Shown here: one piece after another, positions 37,528 to 52,305 of the stretch | Position numbering within the stretch: the first letter of the stretch is position 1 | Layout: every line of letters starts with the position of its first letter | Source: Octopus bimaculoides | Taxonomy: Eukaryota | Direction: 5' to 3' | DNA: 64,000 bases | Assembly (NCBI RefSeq): GCF_001194135.2 | Contig: NC_068988.1 | Coordinates: 4,235,456-4,299,455, forward strand | Position numbers and translations under genes: made by a program | The notes under the pieces: generated by a model | The model's database searches: none | Seen by the model: the letters and a program-made list of their open reading frames with translations, nothing else | Told to the model about the DNA's origin: nothing

Positions 37528-38879
37528 GATACAGTCGTGGTTGTGTGGCTAAGAATTTGACAACCTTTTGGTCTCAGGATTTGTCTGACTGCACAGCATG
37601 TTGGGTAAGTGCTTCTACTATGGCTCTGGGTCATCCACTGTCTTGTGATACAATTTAGTCGATGGAAATTAGAGGGTACACACACATTCATATATACACA
37701 CATATATATATATGTTTCTTTTATGAAATTTTCCATATCTATATGAAGTAGGACAATATTTTTTTTTAGATAGTTTTCATTTCTGCATATTAGATCCTTG
37801 TAGTTTGTTTGGAACAATAAAGTTCTCAAATCCATCTTTATCTAACGTTTCCTGTCTATCTCAGCCTCATCTTCAGGATATGGAATGGTGTTGATTTGTG
37901 TAGTGTCTCTTTACACAAGAAGCAGATTTTATTTATTCAGATTTTACAGCCAGAATTTCATTGTTATAATGTGTGAGAGTTCTTGTCAGCAGATTGGCAT
38001 TTTAGCCAAACCAGATGACATGGAATTCTAATGAAAAGTAGGAAAGATTCTACAGCTGTTTCAAGAATAATTATATTCTCATAAACAATCACTTGTCTTT
38101 TTTGAACTGTCATTGTGAAATTTTATTGAAAACCACTGTTATCATAACTAAATCAGGTAGACTGATTTCATTAGTTGGAACATTTGTGGAGGTTAATTCT
38201 GTCACCTAAATTCCTGATGTTCCTTTAGTGTCAATTCTTCATGTTATACTTTACTATGTAATATAACCATATGGGGATACATAGTCACTATTAATAAACT
38301 AATGCGTGTGTGTGCATGCATGTGTATGCATGTTTGTGAGTGTTTCAGTGTGTTTGCATGCATGTGTATGTGTTCTCTTATGCTTTTACTTGTTTCAATC
38401 ATTGGACTGCAGCCATACAGGAACACCATATTGAAGGGTTTAATTAGATAAATCAACCCCAGTACTTTATTTTAAGTGTGGTACCTATTCTATCAGGTCT
38501 TTGTGAGGATGTAAACAAACCAACACTCATTGCCATGTAGCAGAGGGACAAACAATTGCACAAAAATGCTTACACACCAGGAAGCTCTTTAAGATGTGCC
38601 ATTTGCTCAAAGTGAATAGAACCTACCTTTAAAACTGCTGAGAGCAAAAGACATGTTTATTTCAAATTATCTCATCAACAAACTATATTCTTTCTTCTTA
38701 GATAAGACATAGCATTAATCAGTGTGTAAAGAAATTGTGATGCAGTGGTGTTCGTTATAACTGTCAATAATATGGCTCCTTTCCCCAGTTAGTTTTCGAG
38801 ACAAGTTGCACTCCTGTTGATAGGCTGTCATTCAACCTACTTCAATAGCAGCTATATCTTCCTCAAAATTAAACTATAG

Positions 38880-39415
38880 GCACAAGAGCGGTTTCCCAAC
38901 TACATGGTTCCAGGTTCAGTCTCACAGCGTGGCATCTTGAGCAAGTGTCTTTTACTATGGCTCCGGGCTGATCAAAGCCTTGTAAGTGGATTTGATAGAT
39001 GGAAACTGAAAGAAGCCAGTCTGTAAAAAGCATCCACTACACACTTGGAGTAGTTGGCGTTAGGAAGGGCATCCAGCTGTAGAAACCTTGCCAGATCAGA
39101 TTGGAGCCTGGTGCAGCTTTCTGGCTTGCCAGTTCTCAGTCAAACAGTTCAACCCATGCCAGCATGGAAAGCGGACATTAAACAATGATGATGATGATGA
39201 TGTATTTGTGTGTTTCTGTTTATCGCCCCACCATTACTTGACAACTGATGTTGGTGTGTTTATGTCCCCATAACTTAGCAGCTTAGCAAAATAGACCAAT
39301 AGAATAAGCACTAGGCTATAAAAAAAATAAGTCTTGGGGTCGAATTGATCAACTAAAGGCGGTGCTCCAGCATGACCACTGTCAAATGACTGAAACAAGT
39401 AAAAGAAATAAAAGA
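38880..39415 (+). mobile_element. Tandem SINE cluster: family A (38880-39020), B (39040-39200), C (39225-39415)
   Basis: Each segment matches other copies in the window. Confidence 0.85.
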
Positions 39416-40639
39416 AATCTTAAAAATCGATATATTATATATTGTGGTGTGTGCTCCACTAGAAGGGAAAACCAGTGGGATGGTCATAGGAGGATTAAAT
39501 GTCTGTTTGATGAGAGAAGACTAGGCTCTTAACACCAATGTTATTCATTCAAGGTTAGACAGGGATTTACCTATCATAACGAAATAGGATTACTACAGAA
39601 TGTCACCCATATAAGTTTATTCCAGCTTTCTGGTAAGGAACTATATGTAATTCTGTGGATTAGCTGTTTATTGATGTCTTGTGAAAATAAAATAAACTGC
39701 TCGAGGCTGTATTTTTCCCTTTTTCCTCTTTTACATGTAACTCTTTGTATATTCAAGTATACACACCACACATACACACACACCTAAAGACATGCACACA
39801 CACATAAAGACATGCATACACGTATACACACATCCATATGCATACACATACAAACACTTTCACACTTGTTGGCTGAAAAGAATGTCATATCTCACATGCA
39901 ATATCTTTTCATATTTTAACATATAAAGGAACCATCTCTTTTTTTTTTTAACAATATGAGACACAGATGTAGATAAAGGAAGGCCCGCAGTGAATTAAGA
40001 GACAAAATCAACATGAATGGGTAACAACCAAAGTACAAAATCTCAGTAGTTTGTGACATAACAACATTCACATTTGGAATGGCATTTATGAAATATAAAA
40101 AAAACTGTCTCCATGATTGACAAGCTTTTCTTCAACAACAATAATCACTTGGTACATGTCATCATGCTGTGCCCTCTATTTATTTGCTTTTACCTTCCCA
40201 AAGTTAGGTTTCTTTAGATATTTTATATAAATGATGTTGATAGTTACGATGAGGATAACGACAGTGATGATGATGATGATGATGACGGTGATGGTGACAA
40301 TCATGATCATGATAACGATAATGGGGACGACAATGGTGGTGGTGGTGATGATGATGAGGAGGAGGAGGAGGTGGAGGGTGTTACATTTTGTGAACAAAAG
40401 CAGCATAAGCTGTAGTTTTTCAATGGACCAATCATTGGTTCTACAGAATTTCTGAGAGTGAGAGTTATGAGAGAGGGTCTGTGCAACTCAGGTGGAATAA
40501 ATACCACAAGGTATTTTTGCTCAATGCATTAATTTATCTGCAATTTTCTCACTGGTACGTGTAGGTTTCGTCACTACAACCTCACCATACTCTTACACTT
40601 ATAAACATTCATGCGTCTGTGTGCATGAATATACATACA

Positions 40640-40820
40640 CACATGACGGGCTAACACACAGCTTCTGTCAACCAAATCATATTCCTCACATTGTGCCGAT
40701 GAACATGAAGCTATAACAGAAACCACAAAAGCACTTGTCCAAGGTGCCATGCAGTATGATTAAACTAGGAAACACATGGTTGCAAAGCAAACTTTTAAAA
40801 TACAAAGAGACATGTCTATA
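40640..40820 (-). mobile_element. Decayed family A SINE
   Basis: cacttgtccaaggtgccatgcag...acacatggttgcaaagcaaactt. Confidence 0.6.
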
Positions 40821-41156
40821 CACAAAATTGCCAATAGAATACAAACTCTCTTCAGCCATATCTTCTCGTTACCAGCAGAGTTTCTGTAAAGTCAAATCTC
40901 CAAATACCTTGCTCTCCTGCATTAGCACAAATGTCTTTTACTTGTCAAAACTTAAAAGTTAAATCTTATAAGTAAGATTGTTGCCTCTGGTATCTGCTCA
41001 GCCTAGATCGGTGTTTGGGATATAAAAAAAAGCCTTCTAGCTGTCACCTGCCGATGGATTCCATTCCCATTTCGTCCCTTGGAACAGACGTTTCCTACCA
41101 GAACTCATCATTGTTGTGTATGTAAACTGACTGAGCTTTCTCTCTCNNNNNNNNNN

Positions 41157-41203
<47 letters not shown>

Positions 41204-43929
41204 CATTCTATCAATTCTAAGACACACCAAAGTTTGGTTGTCTCTCACGCTTTTCTTCAATGATCATCTTACTGTTACTTCAACCACACATACACACACA
41301 TGCACACACCTCCTCTGTTGATGGTACAGTTTATCAGGTGCTGACTATCAAAAACACAAGATTAAAAAGCTTGTATACTGCTGATACATGGCAGACAATA
41401 CAGATGTTACACAAACGAACTTCAAAGAAATGCAAGGCCATTCATCAAAATGATAAAAACATTTCATTCACCCACATCTATAATAACAGGCCCACATCTG
41501 TGCTTTATTTTCTCTTGGCCACTTCCTATTGCAACAAATTCATCTTCTTTCAACAAACAAGTTTCATATGGCCACCACTCAACTTGGAACCTGTACGTAG
41601 TTTCTCAACTAGCCAGAAATAGCTGCAATATCTCCCTCATCTCAAACCTTACTGCCTTAAACAGGGGAAGCATGATGAATGATGTACTGTAATCTCAGTC
41701 ATTCACAGATTTATTCGATGACATTTGACTAATGATTCGACAACAATAACAATCAGTTCATACGTTTTCCTTCCCTTCCCAGTCCCCTCCCCTCTGCCAC
41801 TCACCCATTGACCATAACCTTTCTTTTTCCTTGTTGTTCCATTCTCTAGAGTTTGGTGCTGCCTCTTTTTCTAGTTACTTTATTCTGGTTATTCATTGCT
41901 TCATAAGAGAAGTATTGGTGATACCCGAAGTCATTTTCGGATTCTTCAGAAGAAAGGTAAAGAAGAATCTACAGCTCATAGTTTGCAGCAATAGGAAGCC
42001 TGTGTTTGAAAGTAGCTTCAGAGTACATATCCAACCTGAATGATTGCAACAAAATTGCCTCAACTAAAAGCATGCAAACTTGAAGTAGGGGAGGGGTTGT
42101 TAAACTGGATAATGGGATAAGTCTACAACATTACTGTATTTTAATTATGGATTTGGTGCTAAACACATCCGCAGCCCATCTTCTGTTGCTAGCATGGACC
42201 TGCCCAGATTTAGGTTATGCATCAGTCACACCAACCTGATTGATCTAAGAACACCTGTGAGCATCATAAGGTGTGCTTCTCTCCTTCCACCTGTATAGAA
42301 AGAAAAGAGCCATTCTTGCTAGAAGCGACCATCTTTGTTATTTCAAACCTGCTCCTAGTTCTTCATTCATCTTCTAACTACATTAACTTTATTAAACTCT
42401 CCTAAATATCTTTAACTTTTAGTCAAAGATATCTTGCTAAGGTTCTGACCACTGTTTCACATTCTTAGATTAACTGATAACAACATCTATTACACCATTC
42501 TAAGATGGTAAATATTATTTGATAGCTAGAAGAAGGCAGGGCAGTGAAATTATTTTGGGAAATGGCTGTGCATTTGATTGGTGTTGTTCTTTGTTGAGAT
42601 GTTATTGAAGAATCTGTCTGAAAGAAGTAGAAAAAGGGAATTAACATTTGGGAGGAAGGATTATGTCTTCTGTTGAGATAAGACACGAGTAGAAAAATAA
42701 AGCTTCGAAAAACAAACACACACATGCAGTAGCATCCACACATACACACACAAACACACACACGCAGTAGCATCCACACATGCACACATGCACACACACA
42801 CGCACGCACACACACACACACACACAAAATGAGATTACTGTTATTATTAAACGCTAGTATGTTATCTGAAAATACTGCTGTAAACAATGTCATTCATATT
42901 GAATGGGGAAAAAATTGCTAAACTGTAACAGATGACTACTATTGGGGAGTGAGTAGTTGAATGATGATGATGATGATATAGGAGGAGGGAGAGGGGAGAG
43001 GAAATTCCTTCAGGAGTACACAAACAGACACAAAATGACGAGACAAATAATATCCTAGAGATTAACTTCAGCTTAAAATCCCTGGGTGAATAAATGCTAA
43101 GCACAAAAATAGTGAGAAGCATTTTATTCTTATAACATGAAAAGTGTGAAAGATTTGGGCTGTGTCAAGAATTTGGCTTTGGTGCATTAGCTCTAGGAAT
43201 GTTAACAATCTTGTATCTGTTGTCTCTAACATTGCATTAACAGTTTTCAATGGTGTGGTCTGTAACATCTAATTAAAAAGTAATGTTTAGTTATAAGACA
43301 ACATACTAGATTCATTGTCTGTTGCATTCCACTTTAAAAACTTCACTTTCTATTTGTTTAACCAACCATATCTGTGTAAATATTAAAGACTATTTCTTTA
43401 AATTGTTTCTATAGAGTTGGGTTGTTTTATATTTTAGTACATTAACAGTCACATTTGATATTATTCCAAGTGAACCCATTTTTGACAGGGATATTTATAG
43501 CAAAATCTTGTCCTAGGTGCAGGCATGGTTGTAAAGCCTGGTTCAATGCTGGTTGTAAAGCAGTGGTAGGGGCCAAACACAAACATGCACACCCACCTTC
43601 CTAATGCCAGCCACTTGAAGAGTGGTTGGCATTAGGAAGGTGGGTGCTTTTTACATGTCACTGGCACAGGAGCCAGTCAAGCAGGACTGGCATTGATCAC
43701 ATTAGGATAGTGCTTTTTATGTGCCACCATCATGGGAGTCAGTCAGTGAGTACTGGCATTGGCCACATTTAGATGGTATATACATATACATATACTTTTG
43801 TTATTTACACCACCTGTCCTCGTCTGTTGTTATTATTTGTATATTCTCCTACATATATATATATATATATATTCATATGCATGTGTGGTGTGTCTATATG
43901 TGTGTGTGCATGTGTGTGTTTGGCCCCTA

Positions 43930-44120
43930 CCCCTGCTTTACAACCATCATTGATATGTTTATATCCCCTGTAACATAGCAAAAGTGACCAATAAAATAAG
44001 TGCCAGCTTTTAAAAAAATAAGTCCTGGGGTCAAGTCGTTCAACTAAAATTCTTCAAAGTGATGCCCCAGCTTGGCCGCATTCTAATGACTGAAGCAAGT
44101 AAACTATAAAAGACAAATAA
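43930..44120 (+). mobile_element. SINE family C copy
   Basis: aataagtcctggggtcaagtcgttcaactaaa...ccagcttggccgcattctaatgactgaagcaagtaaa. Confidence 0.8.
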
Positions 44121-44775
44121 AGATACAGTTGAGAATATTCAGTAGCCATTAGTCAAACATATGAAATTATTTCTAATATATTTATTTCTTAATTCTATAT
44201 TTTTAAAACTTTAAATTAATATTTTGTTTTAAATTCTATATATTTATCAAATTACAATATTTCTTGATGTTTACAGCAAGATATATAGTCGTTGTTGTTG
44301 CTACTGCTGTTGTTAGATTCAAAACAAATCTGAGCTGACCTATGATCATAAGCATACCAGCCATGACCATCCTGTCTTTTTCCTCTTTAAAGTCTACCCA
44401 CAACCACAATATCCAATGTGTATGTCTTTTCTGAGATGACAGAATGTGATTAGGTGAGAGTTGACTGCTGTTTCTAGCAGGTTAAATGAGTTCAACAATA
44501 AAATGAGACTGGAATGTGCTTTTTATTCACATGGACAAAGGTAAATTACATTTAATATCATTATATTATATGAAAACATTGTAGTAGTAGAGTACTAGTG
44601 TGATATATTTAACATCTTCATCACGCTAAACGTCCACTTCTCCTTGCTTGCATGGGTCAGATGGAATTTTGTTGAGGTGGATTTTCTATGGCTGGATACC
44701 AGTCTTGTTGCCAGCTGTCACCTTTTTCCAAGAAAGGCAGTATTTCCTAATGGTCAGCCATGTATTCTTTGTGTG

Positions 44776-44810
<35 letters not shown>

Positions 44811-44966
44811 ATATACATATAGATACATCCATATATATATATATGTGTGTATATATGTGTACATATGCGTATTTACATATTATATACATATATAATGTAT
44901 GTATATATATGTACATATGCATGTATATGTACATATATGTATGATATATACATGTATTTATGTATA

Positions 44967-44974
<8 letters not shown>

Positions 44975-45049
<75 letters not shown>
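44975..45049. repeat. (TA)n microsatellite within a larger AT/GT block
   Basis: Direct reading. Confidence 0.95.
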
Positions 45050-45052
<3 letters not shown>

Positions 45053-45317
45053 GGAAAAGGTAAATTAAAAGAAATGTCTTCAGTTAAGAGAGAGTTAATT
45101 GGCCATGTCAAATGGGGTGAATTATTTAGAAGAAAGACCCATCAATATATTTTTACATTGATTTATTGATCAGCTGTCTGCACCTTTAGCAGAATTATTG
45201 ACATCCCTATCTACAGCTTCTCTCTTTCTGTCTCTCTATTCTCTAAACTTACCAATATAAACCAACCAGAGCAAACAACTGCAGTTGTTTCGAGTTGGTT
45301 TATACTGGTAGAGTTTT

Positions 45318-45505
45318 AAGGCAGTGAACTAGCAGAATTGTTAGTATGCCGGGCAAAATGCTTAGCAGTATTTTGCCTGTCTGTACATTTTGAATTCAAA
45401 TTCCGCCGAGGTTGATAAATTAAGTACGAGTTGCATACGAGGATTAATCTAATCAACTGGCCCACTTTCCCAAAATTTCGGGCCTTGCACCTAGAGTAGA
45501 AAAGT
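45318..45505 (+). mobile_element. tRNA-derived SINE family D copy
   Basis: aaggcagtgaactagcagaattgttagtatgccgggcaaaatgcttagc...tgaattcaaattccgccgagg. Confidence 0.8.
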
Positions 45506-45599
45506 ATATTGGTAGAGTTTTAGTATCTTGGCATTTTCAAGAAAGGAAGAACACATTGGATGTTGTTTGAATGCTTGAAGCGAAAGTACTGGATGCCTA

Positions 45600-46500
45600 A
45601 CTAGATTGTTTTTGATGAAGGAGTTGTATGATAAAGGCTGACTTGTGGTTAAACAAAACTAACCAACACATAATCACTTTTACCATAAGTATTCTTCTTC
45701 TTGCCCCACAATGGACAAAAAACTGCCACCTCTGCTAATTCCCCCATTTATTTGGCAGCTGCAGTTGAAAACAAAAAGGAAACCCTCATCTTTCTTACAT
45801 TTAGTTGTGTTCTCTGTTGAATTGAAATTCTAAACAGAACTGCTGCACCTCCTGCCCCAAACCCCTAAGTCTACAGACTGTCTCCCATTCTTCCATCACC
45901 TTACATTTAATAATTCGTATTTGATAATGCACTTTCTTTGGTAGTCACCATTCTTTACTCTCTGACCCACTGCAAGCAGGATTTCTAATTGTTACAATCA
46001 TTCTCAAAAGTGGCAATGATCTCCAAAACCTTATGATCAAGAACTTTTCTATAATCCATATAAATTCAACCTCAGAAGCCCTGCCAACTCATTTATCCCT
46101 AACACCACAGTCACAACTGGCCCCAAATCCCAGTTTCATCTCCTTAACAACTGCAGTGTCATCAACTGTATTTGTGAGCATTGCTTGCAAGCTCTGCAAT
46201 GTGGTGTGTGTAAATAGACACAACAGATCTTAATTTAGATGACTTTTCCCAAAACATCTCCTTGTTGTCCTTAATAATGTCCACAAGTTTTCCAAAACTG
46301 TGACCCAAATCTTTGTCCTTTATTCAACAGACTACTTCTTGTCTTGTCCTTATCACATTTTCTCTCACACTTTCAATTACCAGGAATGTTTTATTTATCT
46401 CTTTCGCTTTACTTTTCTTAGCCGCAACAGCAAACACTGTCCTCTTAGTCTCCTTCCAGTATCTTCCAGTTGTAAGAAATCATGCATTTATTGTTTTTTA
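45600..46500 (-). mobile_element. Degenerate LINE ORF2 fragment (linker and RT domain 0)
   Basis: Minus-strand remnants WKETKRTV...FGKLVDIIKDNKEMFWEK and AVVKEMKLG.GA...G; many stops. Confidence 0.55.
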
Positions 46501-46584
46501 TTCCTTTCTCAGTGACCACAAATACAAGTTTCATAGGAAGAATGTGTACCACAGATAATTTCTCTCATGTATTGTTACTTCTAA

Positions 46585-46625
<41 letters not shown>

Positions 46626-47924
46626 ATCACTTTCATTATCCTTCATCTTTTACTCACTGGGTGTTATCCACAAGCAAACTGGACACACTGCATCAGACTT
46701 GTACAAGTTCCATAAACAAAGACCTTGAAATCTCCCAATTTGAATGTGAAAAACTAATCATTTCCAAAAGCGCTGCCAAATCAAGACATTAACTCTTTTG
46801 TTAGCATTGCATTTGTTTCAATTAATTTTGAAAACATTGAAGAATTTGGTAGAATAGCTGTCATTATTAAGCCGGTGTTTGGAACAAAATAACATGAAAT
46901 TTTGATGGAGATTTGAATTTGATCATTTGAAAATATGGAGTCTGTATCAAAGAACTGGGGCAGTCGCAGGTGTGCTGGTATCAAAAAGGTTAAATGAAAG
47001 TTTATTCTGAGATAGACAAAGTGTGTACATAAGATCTAACCTACAGCTGGATATAAGCTGCAAGGGTTTTGAAGAATTATTTATATGGAAGTAGCAAAAT
47101 AAAGATAAAAATAAAATAAAAAGCATATGGTAGTGTTATTGTTGTTTAGTCTACAAATAAACCATGATTCAGCTGACCTATGACATTCCACCCATGCCCA
47201 TCTTGTCAGTGTCATTTCTCAAGATATCCTTTGTTTTTCTTAAGTTGGTGGTGGGAGATTTGGCTGTTATTTCTACTGCATAAAAGTTAGCGAGTCACAC
47301 AAACATATGAATGCCATGATTGTCTTTCGAAAAACTTACAGCTTACATATATAAAGATAGATATTTCAGCAATGAAATCGTTTTTTGGAATATTTCAAAA
47401 AATTGAATGCCACAGTAGATATTTGGAACCTAATAGTTTCCTTGCCTGATGTGACACTATATTTACCATTATTAAATTCCTGACCTTTGGAAGAGAAACC
47501 GAGCATTTTAAGTTCCAACCTCTTCTCTTAGATTGATCAGTTCTTGTACAATTAATGTGTGTGTTATTGTAAAAAATTTTCTAATTGACCCCAGAGAGAC
47601 TAGAAAAGATTAAGCATTATCATTTAACACAATAACAATTAAAAATCATTTTGTTTGTTAGGCAGAGAATAACATTGAAATTCTACCCATCCGCAGACAA
47701 ATATCCATAATCGGCTTTCGGTTGAAGTTTATCCAGTTCTGTCTCATCTTTCATTTTGCTGAGACACACTCAAGTGATTAGTGCAAGAGGCTTTAGAGAA
47801 TTGTTGCAGATAATCTCAAATGGTCAGTTGGCAGGCTTCACCGTCTCACAGAAGTCATGCTGCTCATGATACATTTATTGTCAGCATAATAACAAGCAGG
47901 GCAATGATGGAGTTGAAGATGATG

Positions 47925-48694
47925 ATGATGATGGTGATGAGGGTTGTGATGGTAGTGCTGGTGGTGGTGGTGACGATGATGATGGTGAAGCGGAGGAAGA
48001 AGAGGAAGACGAGGGATATTGATATGATTGACGAGACTGGCATAGCTACCATTTGTAAATATAGTTGCTCATAGTTTTAGTTCAGACAGTATTATTCCTG
48101 ATTATCACATTATTGCTACAACAATGATTTTCATGAAATTGATGACGACGATGATGATGATGATGATGATGATGGAATTAAATGAGAACAATAGTCATCG
48201 TCAATATTATTTTTTAATTATAAATTTCTTCTTCTTCTTCTTCGTTGTTGTAGTGGACATGGTACACCCCTCTCACGGGACAAGTGGTATGATCCAACCA
48301 ATATAAGGTGAGACAACGTCAACCAGTACAGCGAGTCGTGTGTCAGTTCTTAGCTGGAGTTAAGTGTCAGTTACATGCTATAGTCGAGTTCAAGTCACAG
48401 CCAAGGTAGCCAGTTCAAATTCAGTGTCTTGCATAGCTATCAGTGATGGCACGATAGACAAAGTGTGGAAAACATCACATCATATCATTGTTGTTGTTGT
48501 TGTTGTTGTTCTTCTTCTTCTTCTTCTTCTTCTTCTTTTTCTTCGTCTTCTTCCTCCTCCTCCTCCTCCTTCTTCTTCTCCATGTTCCTACATACAACTG
48601 ACCAGTCCAAAGTTTCCCCACTTGGTAGAGTGAATATTAACCTGACCATATGCCATAATGAGGACAGTGATGTTAATTATAATAAAAATAGCGC

Positions 48695-48727
<33 letters not shown>

Positions 48728-48760
48728 CAACAATGAGGAGGAGGAGGGGGAGGAGGAGGA
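47925..48760. repeat. Cluster of trinucleotide arrays (GAT, GGT, GTT, CTT, CCT, GAG)
   Basis: Direct reading. A tRNA-like SINE head (tagctggagttaag...gagttcaagtc) lies at ~48345-48410. Confidence 0.85.
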
Positions 48761-49096
48761 TGGTTAAATCAATCAGCATTTGCTCTTACTCTTACTATCA
48801 CTCACAAGGCTCTGTGTTTTGTTTGGTTAATTTCTACCTCTAATCTATATTCACCAATTATATATAAAAAAAAAGGAAAAAATAGAAAGAAATGCAAATT
48901 TATTGAAAAATAAATAAATAAAGGAGAGAAAAAAACTGCATAGAAAATATTTTTGAAGAAATTAGACATTCATTTGTATTCTGACTCTGACCATTTAGTT
49001 GTTTAATAGTTCATGATGGTAATACATAATATGCGAGCTGGAGATAAATTGTTAAAGAAGTGCAGTATAGACATGTGTGTGTGTATGGGCATATAC

Positions 49097-49182
<86 letters not shown>

Positions 49183-52156
49183 ACACACACATGCATGTGT
49201 ATATATTTATATACATACATACATATATATATATATATATGTATATGTATGTATTTATGTATGTATGTATATATGTATATATATGCAGACATATATTCAT
49301 ATGTATGTATGAATGTATATACAGAGAGACACAGACAGATAGTCAGCACCCAGGAATGGATGCTGTTTGGAAACTGTTATATGTGGACAATCTGATTCTC
49401 AGAATGGAACAGTCTGAGGAACAGCAGAAGAACATTTCAAAAAAAAAAATCAACATATTGCTAATTGGTATCAAAATATTAAATTTCCTTTATCTCTAGG
49501 AAGTAGTCTTGCTCAATATGCAAGATTGAGATAAGAACTCAATACTGTGCACTCAATACCAATAAATTGGTGCTCAAACGATACTTCATGCAAATTGATA
49601 TATAATTAGGGGAATTTAGGTGTGTTTTTTTATTGTAACCTTTCAATCTTCCAAAGGCTGCCGTGCAACTTGTTACTGAACAAGCTGCACAGATGATTTG
49701 TCTATAACAATCAAATGTTTGTGCCGTATGTTAGCTCACTCCCTCCTCCATCAAATTGACATTCCCTATACAGATGTATAATGTGTTACACGTCAGATGT
49801 TGAAGTGATTGCAGAACAATGTGAGATGAATTGCTTTGCTTAACACCCTGCTCAGCCCAGGAATCNNNNNNNNNNNNNNNNNNNNNNNNNNNNNNNNNNN
49901 NNNNNNNNNNNNNNNNNNNNNNNNNNNNNNNNNNNNNNNNNNNNNNNNNNNNNNNNNNNNNNNNNNNNNNNNNNNNNNNNNNNNNNNNNNNNNNNNNNNN
50001 NNNNNNNNNNNNNNNNNNNNNNNNNNNNNNNNNNNNNNNNNNNNNNNNNNNNNNNNNNNNNNNNNNNNNNNNNNNNNNNNNNNNNNNNNNNNNNNNNNNN
50101 NNNNNNNNNNNNNNNNNNNNNNNNNNNNNNNNNNNNNNNNNNNNNNNNNNNNNNNNNNNNNNNNNNNNNNNNNNNNNNNNNNNNNNNNNNNNNNNNNNNN
50201 NNNNNNNNNNNNNNNNNNNNNNNNNNNNNNNNNNNNNNNNNNNNNNNNNNNNNNNNNNNNNNNNNNNNNNNNNNNNNNNNNNNNNNNNNNNNNNNNNNNN
50301 NNNNNNNNNNNNNNNNNNNNNNNNNNNNNNNNNNNNNNNNNNNNNNNNNNNNNNNNNNNNNNNNNNNNNNNNNNNNNNNNNNNNNNNNNNNNNNNNNNNN
50401 NNNNNNNNNNNNNNNNNNNNNNNNNNNNNNNNNNNNNNNNNNNNNNNNNNNNNNNNNNNNNNNNNNNNNNNNNNNNNNNNNNNNNNNNNNNNNNNNNNNN
50501 NNNNNNNNNNNNNNNNNNNNNNNNNNNNNNNNNNNNNNNNNNNNNNNNNNTAAAGACATCATTTGCCATATTCCAAAGAGACTTTAGCACTGAGAGAGAT
50601 GTTATCCACATGGAAACATACAATATGCTGCCAGTTGAAGGTAATTAGGAGGAAAATGATCAACGAAAATACCAGATGTGGTGAGGTCAGACTCAAAATA
50701 TTCATAAATGAAATAAAGTAGAACAAAGAAGAGAGTGACATATATGACAGGTACATTGTGGGACAATAGTAACTTGTAAAAATAAAAGAGAATACTAATA
50801 TTTCATTTTTGCAGAATATCATATTCTTTAAAAGATATCCATTGATTAATTTAGAAAAAACTCAAATAGCGCCAGACAATTTTCTTAATTCATTTACAGT
50901 TTTCAAAAGACTGAAACATAATGCCAAGTTTAGATTTTAGTAATTTGAGTTGTTTAAATATATTTACAGAATATTATATGGAAATTTCTGAAAATTTTTG
51001 TGAATTTTATTGTTATTCAACATGTATATTGTAACCGTTATATACTGTAATGATATTTTAAGTGTAACAATATATATATAATATATAATATTAACTATAC
51101 CTATATATAGCCTTGGTCTTGTTGTCTCATTTTATTTAACACACACACACACACACATATGAACTACCAAGAAGGTTTATGAGTAGCACGGTAATTTATG
51201 TTTCCGCTTAACCTAGGAATGGAAAATGAAATTGAAGCCTGGTTATTGGGAAGGTCATTGCACTTTAATGATCATAAGTTTGCAACCAATGCCAAGTACA
51301 GCTACTAAAGTGTTTTGGGAGTAGATTATAGATAAGGACTACACAATATACTTGTTTTACAGGAAAGCAAAAACTTTTTGTTAGAAACAGCCACATAAAT
51401 GGTGTAATGAAATTGAAGAAGGACATTGAAACTTTCCCTCTGCAAGTTTATTTTTTTCAACAGCAAAGGGAACTATTTTTCAGAGAGATAAGCTAACAAA
51501 AGTCCCTTTATTCTGTCCTCCCTCATAGCCTGCACATAAACTAACAGTGAATGCCGCATAAAGTTAAATGGCATGAAGCTTCTGAAAGATACGTATAGCT
51601 TTTGCTAGTGGAAGCAAAACACAGTGGAGTTATGATGTAAGCATGTGTTAAAACCCTCATAACTTTTTTATTTTTACAAATTTTTAGAAAAGTTTATCGA
51701 TTCTGTCTTCTGCAGAATGGAATCAATACGATTATAAAAAAAAAAAAATTTTAATTCCCCACCCTGCTGGCTGTTTTCTCCATTTCTGCATGTCTAGGTT
51801 TATAGTGAAACAGCAAAAGGATCACGGCATGTGAAGCCCTCACCAGGAAACTCGATTTGCTAAAAATAACAGCTAAATGTTTGGAGAAGTTTTGTGTTTG
51901 TGTGTGCACGCATGCAACAATTTCTACAGCTTATCCGAATGAACAGAGAAAGAAGTACACAGAAATATATTTTACACACGTGTCATATACATCGGTTCTG
52001 TTTTCTCACTTTAAAGGTAAACGATTCTGATAGACACAATTACCTTGCTGTCAATTCATTGGATTAATCCCAAGAAAAATATTACAAGTTTAGTCACTGG
52101 CTCAGCACCTCTGTTTGTCTTCTTCATTCCAAAATAATAAAAACTTTAACACAATA

Positions 52157-52305
52157 GGAGTGGCTGTGTGGTAAGAAGCTTGCTTCACAACCACATAGTT
52201 CTGGGTTCAGTCCCACTGTGTGACACCTTGGGCAAGTGTCTTCCACTATAGCCTCGGGCTAACCGATGTCTTGTGAGTGGATTTGGTAGATGGAAACTGA
52301 AAGAG
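52157..52305 (+). mobile_element. tRNA-derived SINE family A copy
   Basis: A-box-like tggctgtgtgg, B-box-like gggttcagtccc, then accttgggcaagtgtctt...gtggatttggtagatggaaactgaaaga. Confidence 0.85.

Noticed and set aside
41041-41117. FVPWNRRFL resembling the tyrosinase/hemocyanin FLPWHR copper-site motif
   Set aside because: The catalytic His is replaced by Asn, all three frames are open, and there is no other supporting motif, so it is likely chance.
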